DNA of 64,000 nt, taken from contig DOSJ01000012.1 of the NCBI GenBank assembly GCA_003514005.1, positions 26,508 to 90,507 of the forward strand, read 5' to 3'. The notes beneath the pieces are model-generated. The model was not told where the DNA came from and ran no database searches. It was given only the letters and a program-made list of their open reading frames with translations. Position 1 is the first letter of the stretch, and each line of letters begins with the position of its first letter. This document shows, piece by piece, positions 11,132 to 19,776 of this stretch. The position numbers were made by a program, and so were the translations under genes. Source of the stretch: Candidatus Falkowbacteria bacterium. GTDB taxonomy: Bacteria; Patescibacteriota; Patescibacteriia; Patescibacteriales; UBA12075.

Positions 11132-11138
11132 AAAACTC

Positions 11139-11972
11139 ATGATAACAATAAAATCAAAACCAGAAATAGAAATACTGTGTGAAGGCGGAAAAATATTGGC
11201 TGGTATAATGAAAAAACTGGGGCAGATAGTTGCACCGGGCGTAACTACGGGCGACTTGGAAAACGCGGCGCGCGAGCTTGCCATGCAAGCCGGCGGTCGC
11301 GCGGCTCAACTTGGCTTTGTTATGCCAGACGGCAAAAAATTCCCTTCGGCTTTGTGTGTTTCGATAAATAGTGAAATAGTCCATGCCGCGTCTTTGCCCA
11401 CGCGTCGAATCAATGAAGGAGATGTTGTTAGTTTGGATTTTGTATTGGAATATCCAATTAATGAGAAATTCAGAACCGGAAGAATATGCAATCAACATTC
11501 AAAGCTCGGTGGATACTATACGGATATGGCGATAACCGTTCCGGCTGGAAAAATCAGCAAAAAAGCCGAGGAATTAATCAAGGTTACGTGCGAGTGCCTA
11601 CGTATCGGCATCGAGCAGGTGAAGCCGGGTAATACGCTCTACGATATCGGTTCGGCGATTCAAAAATACGCCGAAGACCGCGGTTATGGCGTAATCCGCG
11701 AATTGGTCGGACATGGCGTCGGTTATAGCCTGCACGAGGACCCGCAAGTACCGAACTACGCTTTTACAAAAAAAGAAATGGAAAATGCCGTACTTGAACC
11801 AGGCATGGTTTTGGCGATTGAACCCATGATTTGTCTTGGTAATTGGCGCATCAAAAGCGTTAAAAACAGCTTTGCGTTTGCTACGGTTGATGGTGGTCTC
11901 GCCGCGCATGCTGAGCATACGGTGGCGGTGGTTGACAGCGGGAGGGTGGTTTTGACGGAAGAGGGCGATTAA
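11139..11972 (+). CDS. map: Methionine aminopeptidase, type I
   Basis: Pita-bread fold motifs: SLDFVLEY, GHGVGYSLHEDPQVPNY, LAIEPM, AHAEHTVAV. Confidence 0.9.
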   Translation: MITIKSKPEIEILCEGGKILAGIMKKLGQIVAPGVTTGDLENAARELAMQAGGRAAQLGFVMPDGKKFPSALCVSINSEIVHAASLPTRRINEGDVVSLDFVLEYPINEKFRTGRICNQHSKLGGYYTDMAITVPAGKISKKAEELIKVTCECLRIGIEQVKPGNTLYDIGSAIQKYAEDRGYGVIRELVGHGVGYSLHEDPQVPNYAFTKKEMENAVLEPGMVLAIEPMICLGNWRIKSVKNSFAFATVDGGLAAHAEHTVAVVDSGRVVLTEEGD

Positions 11973-11992
11973 TTTAGTACAAGAAAAACTAT

Positions 11993-12132
11993 TTGTCATT
12001 CCCGCGTAAGCGGGAATCTCGGTGTTAAAATGGAAAGTAAAGAATAAAATAAAATGGTTTTATAACGTATATATAAGTAAAAATATTTTATTATTTTTTA
12101 AAACAAGATTCCCGCCTACGCGTGAATGACAA
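11993..12132. mobile_element. MITE-like element with about 26-bp terminal inverted repeats (ttgtcattcccgcgtaagcgggaatc ... gattcccgcctacgcgtgaatgacaa)
   Basis: Inverted copies of the gtcattcccgcg-N-cgggaat palindrome flank 88 bp of AT-rich sequence between map and ruvX. The same termini recur at 32853-33032 and 19309-19335. Confidence 0.6.
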
Positions 12133-12163
12133 GAACAAGAAGTTTTTTAAATAAATAATTTTT

Positions 12164-12550
12164 ATGCATATAAAGTATCTCTCAATCGACTGGGGTGCCT
12201 CCCGTATCGGCCTAGCTACCGGGGATAGCGAAAACAAAATCGCTATTCCGTTTAAGGTTGCGCGGGATATCAAAGAAGTGCTGGCTGTTATCAAAGAAGA
12301 AGAAATTGACGAAATAATAATCGGCCAGCCGATCAAGATGTCGGGGGAAAAAAATAATCTGACTGCCGGCTTTAATCTATTTCTCGAGTCTTTAAAAAAG
12401 AAAACAGCACTGCCGATTATTTTGGTTGATGAGCGCTTGTCCAGCAAAGGCGCGGACGCGCTGTTTGGCACAAAAAAAACCAAAGCCAAGCAGGACGCTG
12501 TGGCGGCGATGATTATATTGCAGAGTTATTTTGACAACCTTAGTGTGTGA
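12164..12550 (+). CDS. ruvX: Holliday junction resolvase-like nuclease RuvX/YqgF
   Basis: LSIDWGASRIGLATGD N-terminus, 128 aa, ...DERLSS... motif. Confidence 0.85.
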   Translation: MHIKYLSIDWGASRIGLATGDSENKIAIPFKVARDIKEVLAVIKEEEIDEIIIGQPIKMSGEKNNLTAGFNLFLESLKKKTALPIILVDERLSSKGADALFGTKKTKAKQDAVAAMIILQSYFDNLSV

Positions 12551-12626
12551 AATTTGTAGTATTTGAATTTAATTTGTAGCATTCGTATTATTAGTGTTCG
12601 TTGATAATGCGAATACTACAAATATG
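12551..12626. repeat. Intergenic word hairpin (tttgtagcattcg / cgaatactacaaa family)
   Basis: atttgtagtatttgaatttaatttgtagcattcg ... gcgaatactacaaatat. The right arm ends 3 nt before the recO ATG. Confidence 0.6.
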
Positions 12627-12628
12627 TA

Positions 12629-13372
12629 ATGTCGTATTATATGGATGAAACCTACACAACCAAAGCCATAGTGCTAAATCGTCAGCCATATCGCGAGAAT
12701 GACAGCCGGGTTACGGTTTGCAGCCTTGAATACGGCAAACTTGTTCTGATTGCGCGCGGTACCGCAACGACAAAATCCAAAATGGCCGGACATATTGAAC
12801 CGTTTTGTTTTTCCGATTTTATGATTGTGCGAGGCAAGTGCCATAGCTACATTGGCGGTGTTGCCAGCCAAAATTGTTTTTCCGCAATCAAGTCTGATTT
12901 GTCAAAATTGCGAATAGTCGGACAGGTAATCGCGGTTATTAATAAATTGGTAAAAGAAAATGAAGCGGACAGTAGATTATTTTTTCTTTTACATGATTTT
13001 TTGGAATTTTTAGATAATAATGATATCAAAGAAGAAACAATTGATTTTTTTATCCACGCATTTGTATTGAAATTAATGTCAGGTCTTGGTTATGAGCCGG
13101 AATTGCGCGTCTGCGTTGCATGTGGCAAGGAATTGAAACCCGAAAACAATAGCTTTGATTTTTCTCGTGGCGGATTGGTTTGCGGATTGTGCCAAGCCCA
13201 AAACAGTACTATAATAAAAAACGACACGATAAAGTTATTGCGCTGTATGGTCAAGGAAAAATTCATTGATCTGCAAAAGCTGAAATATGACAAAAAAATT
13301 TCTGACGAAGCGATAAAAAATATTATTTTGTTTTATAATTATACCCATCCGGGAGCGGGTGATTTTAAATAA
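12629..13372 (+). CDS. recO: DNA repair protein RecO
   Basis: N-terminal OB-like region (TKAIVLNRQPYRENDSRVTV) and zinc motif CVACGKE...CGLCQ. Confidence 0.85.
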   Translation: MSYYMDETYTTKAIVLNRQPYRENDSRVTVCSLEYGKLVLIARGTATTKSKMAGHIEPFCFSDFMIVRGKCHSYIGGVASQNCFSAIKSDLSKLRIVGQVIAVINKLVKENEADSRLFFLLHDFLEFLDNNDIKEETIDFFIHAFVLKLMSGLGYEPELRVCVACGKELKPENNSFDFSRGGLVCGLCQAQNSTIIKNDTIKLLRCMVKEKFIDLQKLKYDKKISDEAIKNIILFYNYTHPGAGDFK

Positions 13373-13377
13373 AAATT

Positions 13378-14451
13378 ATGCTGAAATTATCATTTGAAAA
13401 AGCGCAAGCAGACGCGCAAAAGATGGAGAAGTTAATGGGCGAAAATACCGCCCGCGACTATAAGGAAGCGGATATTTTGGTTGAGCTTGACGACAAGAAG
13501 GCAGAGCTTGCGGATGCGCAAGATACGATCGAATGGTTGAATAATAAACATGAAGAATTGATTGATGAGTTTAAAAAGATGTTGATTGAAAGTACAACAG
13601 GATTAAAGCGGCGTGAAATGTTATACAAAGATATGGAAGAAAAAATATCCAATTTGTTTGGTATTGAAAATATCAATGATGTTAGTGATGAAGAAGTGAT
13701 TGCCTTGGTAAAATCAAAAAATCCGATCGATTTTAAAAATGAACCTTTGTATGTAATGCTTGGTGATATGTCCTATCTATCACTTGCCAATGAAGGCGGA
13801 CATAGTCAAGGCGACGAGCTTTTGGGAGAAACCGGCAAGGCCATAAAAAATGAATTTACCGATGCTTCCCGGCATGGTGGCGATGAATTTACAACTTTGA
13901 TTTTATTGCAAAAGAAAGTAGCTGAAGAAAAGGTGGCTAAGCTTGAAGAGGATATTCAAAAAATGAAGAATATTTCTGAACTTGGACGTTTTGGGCTTAA
14001 ACCGAATATGGATATCGGTATTGCGCATTTTTCCGAGAGCTTAAAAGCGTTTCAAGAAATTATTCTTATAATGGAAAAAACTGATGCGGGAAAAGAAAAA
14101 TTGGCCAAGCTTGACGCATTGAAAGAAATGCAAAATATTTGGCTTGAGATAGCTGATAAACGCTCAACATTAAAAAAGGCAATGACAAGAATTCCGCTTT
14201 TGCTTGGAAAAAAAGAGAAAAATCCAGAGGAATATAAAGAGTTATATAAATTTTTAAATAAAGGCGCATATGGAATTGAAGCTGAAGATTTGGAAGAAAT
14301 AGGCACAAAAATTAAAAATGGCGCGAACCCAGAAGAAGTTATTTTTGAATACATAAAAAAAATGGAACTACTGAATTTAAAGAAAAAATCCGGTTATGAA
14401 AAGGCAAAAGAAGAAGTAATTATAAGAACAGCTGATGATAGAATTCTTTAA
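13378..14451 (+). CDS. GGDEF-domain protein (putative diguanylate cyclase) with coiled-coil N-terminus and extended C-terminus
   Basis: VMLGDMSYLSLANEGGHSQGDELLGETGKAIKNEF..ASRHGGDEFTTLIL ... MDIGIAHF matches the GGDEF-domain layout with an intact GGDEF motif. Confidence 0.7.
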   Translation: MLKLSFEKAQADAQKMEKLMGENTARDYKEADILVELDDKKAELADAQDTIEWLNNKHEELIDEFKKMLIESTTGLKRREMLYKDMEEKISNLFGIENINDVSDEEVIALVKSKNPIDFKNEPLYVMLGDMSYLSLANEGGHSQGDELLGETGKAIKNEFTDASRHGGDEFTTLILLQKKVAEEKVAKLEEDIQKMKNISELGRFGLKPNMDIGIAHFSESLKAFQEIILIMEKTDAGKEKLAKLDALKEMQNIWLEIADKRSTLKKAMTRIPLLLGKKEKNPEEYKELYKFLNKGAYGIEAEDLEEIGTKIKNGANPEEVIFEYIKKMELLNLKKKSGYEKAKEEVIIRTADDRIL

Positions 14452-14508
14452 TTTAAACTTAACAATCCCATGATATCATTAAAATATGATTAAATAATTA
14501 TAAAAAAT

Positions 14509-15438
14509 ATGGAAACACAACAAAACAATTCAGCCAAATTCGCGTTTTTTTACATGTTAAGCTTGGTCGCGCTTATTTTTATGTCGCAAGCGGCCGGTAT
14601 GATCATTTTTCAGATCATAAACAAAAACATTAGTGATGTTATCAATCAAAACAGCGGTAACTATTCTCCCGAGTCATTGAAATATGCGATTTCCGCTTTG
14701 CTTATTTCCGCGCCGATTTATTTTTTGACAATGCGACAGATAAGCCGCAGTTTATACAGCGGAATCTTGGACAAGGATTCTGGTATCCGCAAATGGCTTA
14801 GCTATTTTATTCTTTTTGTTTCTTCGGTGGTAATGATTGTCTGGCTGATAATGACTATTAATAATTTCTTGGACGGCGAGCTTAGTCTCAAATTTATTCT
14901 CAAATCCATTACCGCGCTTGTTATTTCCGGATCGATTTTCTCTTTTTATTTTTATGATTCAAAAAGGGAGGTTATCGTTAATACCAAAGATAAAGTAATC
15001 GCGATTTATTTGTATAGCGCGCTTGCGGTTGTAATTGCAGTGTTTGTTGCGTCATTATTTTTTGTTGAATCACCGACCGAAACCAGAAATCGCAAGATTG
15101 ATAACGCGGTTTTGGAGGATTTTAACAGTATTGATGGCGCGATTAACAGCTATTTTTTGGACAAAAAAACATTGCCCGCTGATTTGGATGTCTTAAAAGA
15201 GGATTACCCATATATCACAGACAAAGAGCTTGCGCATCCAAGCACTAACGAGCCTTATCGCTATAATGTTGTAGAAGATAAAAAATACGAGTTATGTTCA
15301 ACTTTTTTGAGCGATAATACCGGTGATGATTCTTTGGAAAATTATTATAAAGACAGATGGCCGCATGCTTTGGGCGAACAATGCTTAAAGCAAAAAATAG
15401 CCGGCGATGCTTTGCTTGAACAAAAAATGTACCGCTAA
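14509..15438 (+). CDS. Integral membrane protein (4-5 TM) with extracytoplasmic C-terminal domain
   Basis: Several hydrophobic segments, followed by a C-terminal soluble part (NRKIDNAVLEDFNSIDGAINSYFLDKKTLPADLDVL) that resembles pilin-like proteins. Confidence 0.6.
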   Translation: METQQNNSAKFAFFYMLSLVALIFMSQAAGMIIFQIINKNISDVINQNSGNYSPESLKYAISALLISAPIYFLTMRQISRSLYSGILDKDSGIRKWLSYFILFVSSVVMIVWLIMTINNFLDGELSLKFILKSITALVISGSIFSFYFYDSKREVIVNTKDKVIAIYLYSALAVVIAVFVASLFFVESPTETRNRKIDNAVLEDFNSIDGAINSYFLDKKTLPADLDVLKEDYPYITDKELAHPSTNEPYRYNVVEDKKYELCSTFLSDNTGDDSLENYYKDRWPHALGEQCLKQKIAGDALLEQKMYR

Positions 15439-15470
15439 GATTTTTGCGGTAATAGCATAGAATATTTTTT

Positions 15471-17624
15471 ATGATTTATTTGTTTTTAATTGGCGGGATA
15501 ATTTGCACGGCTGTAATTTTTTTGCTTTCTATTTTTGTCTATTTAAAGGATTGTAATAATCGTTTGAATCGGATATTTTTTTTGTACGGAATCAGCGCAA
15601 CCATGGTGTTTTTGGCTATTGTTTTCTGGCCTTTGGAAAAATCGGATATTTTGCTTGGTTTTGCTTTTAAGTTTTTGTACGCGTCCATGATATTATCGGC
15701 AGCGGTTTTTTTTCATTTTGTTGTTACTTGGTTAAAAATAATTGAAAATAAAAAAAAGCTTTTAGCGACTGTTTACTCCTTGTTTATTTTTGCCACAGCC
15801 CTGATATTCAGTCCATTTTTTATTAATAAAGTATTCTTTTTATCCGACAGGCTCCCTTGGTTTTCTCTGGAAAAGTTTTTTTATATTTATCCTGTTTTGC
15901 TTTTTATAATTTTTTCCGCAACAGCTTATCTTTTGGCAATAAATTATAAAAAAAGTTTTGTATCGCGTAGGGCAAAATTCAAATATTTATTTCTTTTGTT
16001 ATTTATATCCAATTGCGCTTTGGTAAATATTGTTTTGGTTTCACTCGGAATTTTTATATGGCCTTATGGAGTATTTTTGCTTTTTGTCGGTTTTATAACT
16101 AGCTCGTATATCGTGCTAGTTAAGCGAGCGGTGGAATTGGCCGTGGTATTCAGGAATCTGATGCTTTTCTTCTCTTCATTTGTAAGCGTGGCTTTGTTCG
16201 CGGTTATTTTAAAATACACTTTGATAGCGCATTTTCCGCTTTTCAAGTCTTGGATTGATTTTCCGGTGCTTTTCGCGGCTTTGTTTATTTTTCCGATTGT
16301 AAAAGATTTTTATACCTGGTCTGGAAATAAATTCGTTTTTTCAAATTATTATGACAGTCAAAAAGTGATTACGTTTTTGAATAATAAATTGCGGACAACC
16401 ATCAGCGTCGAAAAAGTTTATGAGATGATTTGCGATTTGATCAAGCAGACTTTTCATGCCAAGGCTTTTTGTATTTTTAATTATAATGAAAAGACCAAAG
16501 AGTATTTTTTGGCATACAACAAAGGATTCAAGCTGGATTGGCACCGAAGATTTTCGGCCAATCAGATAATCGGCAGCTTTTATTTTAACAAAGGACAGGC
16601 TGTTGTCGTTGAAGAAGCGATAAACAATGAAAACAAAGAAAATGATTTTATCCTTATGTTGATGCGCGTAAACGCGGAGCTAATAATTCCGATCAAAGCC
16701 AAGCATAACACTGTCGGCTTGATCATGTTGGGAGCAAAAGAATCAGGCAATATATATAATAATAAGGATATGCAAACGCTGGAAATAATCGGCGCGCAAG
16801 CGTCGATGGCGATTGAAAACGCCTTGATGTATCAGCGCACAAAGGATTTTAATATTTTATTGGAACAAGAGGTTGAAAAAGCGACAAAGGAATTGCGTGA
16901 AGCCAATGAAAAGCTGAAAAAACTGGATAGCGCGAAAAGCGAATTTATTTCCATTGCCTCGCATCAGCTGCGGACGCCTTTGACGATTATCAAGGGATAT
17001 ATTTCCATGATTATGGAAGGAAATTTTGGACCGGTTTCCAAAGCCGTGGCTGATTCGCTAAAAAAAGTTTATGACTCAAATGAAAGATTGATTCTTTTGG
17101 TTGAGAATCTTTTGAATATTTCCCGCATCGAATCCGGCAATCTGCAGTTTGATTTCAAGGAAACGGATATTGAAGAGCTCGCCATCAGCGCGATAGATGA
17201 GCTTTCCGATACTGCAAAAAAACGCAATAATCATCTTGTATACAAACCGTCAACACAAAAATTACCCAGCATAGTCGTAGATTCAGAAAAGATTCGCCAT
17301 GTCATTATGAATTTGCTTGATAACGCAATTAAATATTCCGAGAAAGGGGATATTGTGGTAAAAATCGATTTGGAAAAGGACAGGCTAGTATTGAGCGTTA
17401 CCGACGAAGGCATCGGTATTCCTGACGAAGAAATATCAAATCTTTTCAGAAAATTCTATCGCGGCAATCTATCTCCGCTAATTCACACAGAAGGCACCGG
17501 TCTCGGTTTGTTTGTTGCCAAACAAATGATCGAATCGCACAAAGGACGTATCTGGGCGAAAAGCAATGGCCGAGACAAAGGCACGACATTTTATTTTTCC
17601 TTACCGCTCGTAGTTAAAAGTTGA
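15471..17624 (+). CDS. Sensor histidine kinase (polytopic membrane N-terminus, GAF-like domain, HisKA, HATPase_c)
   Basis: H-box FISIASHQLRTPLT, N-box NLLDNAIKYS, G-boxes DEGIGIP and GTGLGLFVAK, and about 8 N-terminal TM segments. Confidence 0.9.
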   Translation: MIYLFLIGGIICTAVIFLLSIFVYLKDCNNRLNRIFFLYGISATMVFLAIVFWPLEKSDILLGFAFKFLYASMILSAAVFFHFVVTWLKIIENKKKLLATVYSLFIFATALIFSPFFINKVFFLSDRLPWFSLEKFFYIYPVLLFIIFSATAYLLAINYKKSFVSRRAKFKYLFLLLFISNCALVNIVLVSLGIFIWPYGVFLLFVGFITSSYIVLVKRAVELAVVFRNLMLFFSSFVSVALFAVILKYTLIAHFPLFKSWIDFPVLFAALFIFPIVKDFYTWSGNKFVFSNYYDSQKVITFLNNKLRTTISVEKVYEMICDLIKQTFHAKAFCIFNYNEKTKEYFLAYNKGFKLDWHRRFSANQIIGSFYFNKGQAVVVEEAINNENKENDFILMLMRVNAELIIPIKAKHNTVGLIMLGAKESGNIYNNKDMQTLEIIGAQASMAIENALMYQRTKDFNILLEQEVEKATKELREANEKLKKLDSAKSEFISIASHQLRTPLTIIKGYISMIMEGNFGPVSKAVADSLKKVYDSNERLILLVENLLNISRIESGNLQFDFKETDIEELAISAIDELSDTAKKRNNHLVYKPSTQKLPSIVVDSEKIRHVIMNLLDNAIKYSEKGDIVVKIDLEKDRLVLSVTDEGIGIPDEEISNLFRKFYRGNLSPLIHTEGTGLGLFVAKQMIESHKGRIWAKSNGRDKGTTFYFSLPLVVKS

Positions 17625-17732
17625 AAGTTATTAAGTAGAAAGTTAAAGTTTAGTTAAAAGTGTAAAGTTATAAAGTAAAAAGTTATGGTAATATAGTACT
17701 TTTAACTTTATAACTTTTAACTTTTTACTTCG
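17625..17732. repeat. Intergenic word hairpin (aagttaaaagt family)
   Basis: gttaaaagtgtaaagttataaagtaaaaagt ... acttttaactttataacttttaactttttactt immediately after the kinase stop codon. Confidence 0.6.
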
Positions 17733-17808
17733 TGTCTTGCTACAAATATTAATTTCTGTTAATCTGTTAGTATATTTAAAAGTTAATTATTAATAACAAA
17801 ATAACACT

Positions 17809-17985
17809 ATGTCAATTTCAGTAAACAAAGATCTTTGCATCGGTTGCGGTGCATGTGCCGCTCTTTGCCCTAGCGGTTTTGCTATGAATGCCGACGGCAA
17901 AGCCGAGGCTGTTTCCCAAGAGGGTTTAGATTGCGCGCAAAATGCGTCAAGCAGTTGTCCAGTGCAGGCGATTACGGCTGAGTAA
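17809..17985 (+). CDS. Small 4Fe-4S ferredoxin (58 aa, below the ORF-track cutoff)
   Basis: Hand translation: MSISVNKDLCIGCGACAALCPSGFAMNADGKAEAVSQEGLDCAQNASSSCPVQAITAE. CxxCxxC...CP plus a distal C....CP pattern. Confidence 0.75.
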   Translation: MSISVNKDLCIGCGACAALCPSGFAMNADGKAEAVSQEGLDCAQNASSSCPVQAITAE

Positions 17986-18050
17986 TTAAATTTTTGATAA
18001 AAAACAATTCTTTTAGGGTTGTTTTTTAATATAAAATAGGGTTTAATGAT

Positions 18051-18207
18051 AGTTAATTAGGGATTAGTTAATTAGGGATTAGTTAATTAGGTATTAGTTA
18101 ATTAGGGATTAGTTAATTAGGTATTAGTTAATTAGGGATTAGTTAATTAGGTATTAGTTAATTAGTTAATTGGGGGAATAACAACCCTAATTAACTAATT
18201 AACTAAG
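18051..18207. repeat. Tandem array of seven 15-nt units agttaattagg(g/t)att, plus a partial unit and a downstream inverted copy
   Basis: Units run back to back from 18051 to 18155 with G/T alternation at unit position 12. The complement ccctaattaactaattaactaag lies at 18185-18207. There are no spacers. Confidence 0.85.
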
Positions 18208-18226
18208 TAACTGTTCAATCAGAATC

Positions 18227-19672
18227 ATGAACATCAAAGCACTAAACATTCCCCAAACCCCCGGCTGTTATCGCTACAAAAGCGCCAAGGGTGAAATAAT
18301 CTACATCGGCAAAGCAGTCAATCTGCGCAGCCGGGTTTCTTCGTATTGGCGTGAAAGCGCTAATCATACGCCGGCGAAAAAAGCGATGTTAAGAGAGATC
18401 GCAAGCGTGGACTGGATTGAGACTGAAACGGAAATTGAGGCTTTGTTACTTGAGGCGAATTTGGTAAAAAAATTCCAGCCTCGTTTCAATATTGATCTGC
18501 GCGATGACAAACGTTTTTCTTATATCAAGATATCAACCGAGGACGAAATACCCGGCGTGTTCATTACGCGAAAAATAGACAAGCAGGGAAAATATTTTGG
18601 ACCATTCACTAGTGCGGGATCCGTGCGTGAAGTGCTAAAAATAATTAGAAAGATCTGGCCGTATTGCACTGAGCGGACGGTTAAGAAAAAAACCTGTTTT
18701 TACGCGCAGATAGGACGTTGTACCGGAGTGTGCGGTGGTCGTTTTGATGTAAAAGAATACAAAGAAAAAATAATAAAGCCGATTACGTTGTTTTTGGCAG
18801 GGGAGAAGGGGAAGGTGATTAAGAAGTTAGAAGTTAGAAGTAAGAAGTTGGAAGTTGAAAGTAAGAAGTTAGATGCAAGAAGTAAGAAGTTAAAAGAGGT
18901 GAAGTCATATAATACAAAAAATGAAACACGCAGCACGCAACAAACGATAAGTAGCTTGCAAAATAATGTTGATATTGAATTGCGAGTGATTAAATCTCAG
19001 TTGTTGAATATAAAATATGTTTTGGCGAGTGCCAAGGTTATTGGTGTTCAAGATAAATACGCGGCGGATGTGGTTGAGTTGGCAAAAATTCTTGGTCTGC
19101 CCCGCGTGCCGGAGCGGATTGAGGGCTATGATATATCCAATATTTTTGGCAAAGAAGCGGTTGGGTCTATGGTAGTTTTTTCTGGCGGTGAACCAAACAA
19201 GAGTGAGTATAAAAAGTTTAAGATAGAAGTGACGAGTGACATGGGAGATACCGGGATGCTTGGGGAGGTAATGGAGAGAAGATTGTGCCATATAGTGAAT
19301 CCGTCTTTTTGTCATTCCCGCGAAGGCGGGAATCCAAGGGTAAATAATATAGATGTTAAAAAAACAAAAAATGTTGATATCTGGCTTACCCCAGACCTAA
19401 TCATTATTGACGGTGGCAAAGGACAGTTAAATGAGGTAATAAAGATTCTAAAAAAAAATAATCTTGATATTCCAGTTCTTGCGATATCCAAAGGCGAAGG
19501 CTTGCGCAGTGCCGCGGCTCCGGATAAGATATTTTTTCCTGGCGAAAAAAAACCATTGGAATTACCATTGGCTTCGCCGGCTTTGCATATTATAAAAAGA
19601 GTGCGTGACGAGGCGCATCGTTTTGCGATTAAGTTTCATCGTGATTTGCGAAAAAAACGCTTTTTGCCGTGA
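18227..19672 (+). CDS. uvrC: Excinuclease ABC subunit C, short form (GIY-YIG plus RNase-H-like endonuclease domain; no C-terminal HhH2)
   Basis: GIY-YIG region PGCYRYKSAKGEIIYIGKAVNLRSRVSSY. Endonuclease region IEGYDISN...IIDGGKGQL...VRDEAHRFAIKFHR, ending 12 aa later. Low-complexity insert KKLEVRSKKLEVESKKLDARSKKLKE. In-frame palindrome copy CHSREGGNP. Confidence 0.85.
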   Translation: MNIKALNIPQTPGCYRYKSAKGEIIYIGKAVNLRSRVSSYWRESANHTPAKKAMLREIASVDWIETETEIEALLLEANLVKKFQPRFNIDLRDDKRFSYIKISTEDEIPGVFITRKIDKQGKYFGPFTSAGSVREVLKIIRKIWPYCTERTVKKKTCFYAQIGRCTGVCGGRFDVKEYKEKIIKPITLFLAGEKGKVIKKLEVRSKKLEVESKKLDARSKKLKEVKSYNTKNETRSTQQTISSLQNNVDIELRVIKSQLLNIKYVLASAKVIGVQDKYAADVVELAKILGLPRVPERIEGYDISNIFGKEAVGSMVVFSGGEPNKSEYKKFKIEVTSDMGDTGMLGEVMERRLCHIVNPSFCHSREGGNPRVNNIDVKKTKNVDIWLTPDLIIIDGGKGQLNEVIKILKKNNLDIPVLAISKGEGLRSAAAPDKIFFPGEKKPLELPLASPALHIIKRVRDEAHRFAIKFHRDLRKKRFLP

Positions 19673-19776
19673 TTGTTATATTTGGGGAAAAATGATAAAA
19701 TTAGGGTAAGTAAAATGCTTTTTAAGTAAAAAAATGTTATACTCAATTTTGAGTATAATCATTCTCAAAATTAAAT

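Noticed and set aside
18051-18155. Possible CRISPR array (regular 15-nt repeats)
   Set aside because: The units are directly adjacent with no spacers and are far shorter than CRISPR repeats. No cas genes are nearby. It is a simple tandem repeat.
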